A stretch of DNA of 64,000 bases from Geosiphon pyriformis uo1. Its lineage: Eukaryota > Fungi > Glomeromycota. The notes under the pieces are model-generated. The model worked only from the letters and a program-made list of their open reading frames with translations. It was not told the DNA's origin and did not search any database. How positions within the stretch are numbered: the first letter of the stretch is position 1; each line of letters begins with the position of its first letter. The translations under genes and the position numbers were made by a program. The DNA lies in contig JAAOMT010000627.1 in assembly GCA_016748015.1 (NCBI GenBank), forward strand, positions 186,001 through 250,000, written 5' to 3'. This document shows, one piece after another, positions 63,785-64,000 of this stretch.

Positions 63785-64000
63785 CAGTAAACTCTTTCTA
63801 TAGTCCCTCTGGTTATAGTCACTATCTTTTTATAATCACATTTTTTTAAAAACCAAAACCATTTATATATAATATTATCTTCTTATAGTCACTTTTACTA
63901 TATATATCTCCTTATAGTCCCTATCTTCACAAATATGATAGCAGAATATAAGTAATTTCTACTTTCTATAGTCACACTATAATCATATAATATTAGATAT
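63785..64000. mobile_element. Probable end of a Tc1/mariner-pogo type DNA transposon or MITE
   Basis: Starts TA|CAGTAAACTC exactly where LINE 3' UTR homology stops, followed by ~7 direct repeats of YTATAGTCMC. Confidence 0.6.

Overview
AT-rich eukaryotic (fungal) genomic DNA with short GT-AG introns. It is consistent with an early-diverging Mucoromycota/Glomeromycotina genome. From memory the repeats resemble those of Geosiphon pyriformis, but I could not verify this. About 80% of the window is decayed transposons. (1) Positions 1-29.8 kb are a nest of five copies of one Ty3/Gypsy LTR family: host C (+), with A (-), solo LTR E (-) and D (-) inserted in it, and B (+) inserted in A. 4-bp TSDs are readable for B, D and E. 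The whole nest abuts, and apparently interrupts, an old LINE. (2) Three full-length APE/RT/RNase H LINEs (31.7-38.3 kb -, 38.5-45.2 kb +, 57.1-63.8 kb +), two LINE 3' fragments, and a probable Tc1/mariner-pogo end at the right edge. (3) A CpG-retaining island of four host genes at 46.5-55.3 kb: SCS7/FA2H, an EAF-domain gene, a PPR protein and UBC6. All transposon ORFs are broken by C>T/G>A transitions. The most unusual feature is the Gypsy architecture, reconstructed by comparing copies. An AUG-less N-terminal extension-Gag-PR-Cys-rich Zn module-dUTPase-dUTPase-like-RT-RNase H polyprotein ends in a stop shared between copies. Integrase follows as a separate cistron, then a fast-evolving ~210-aa ORF3 behind a conserved internal TATA box. 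The LTRs carry exchangeable U3 palindrome arrays and a U5 hairpin that pairs with the PBS.
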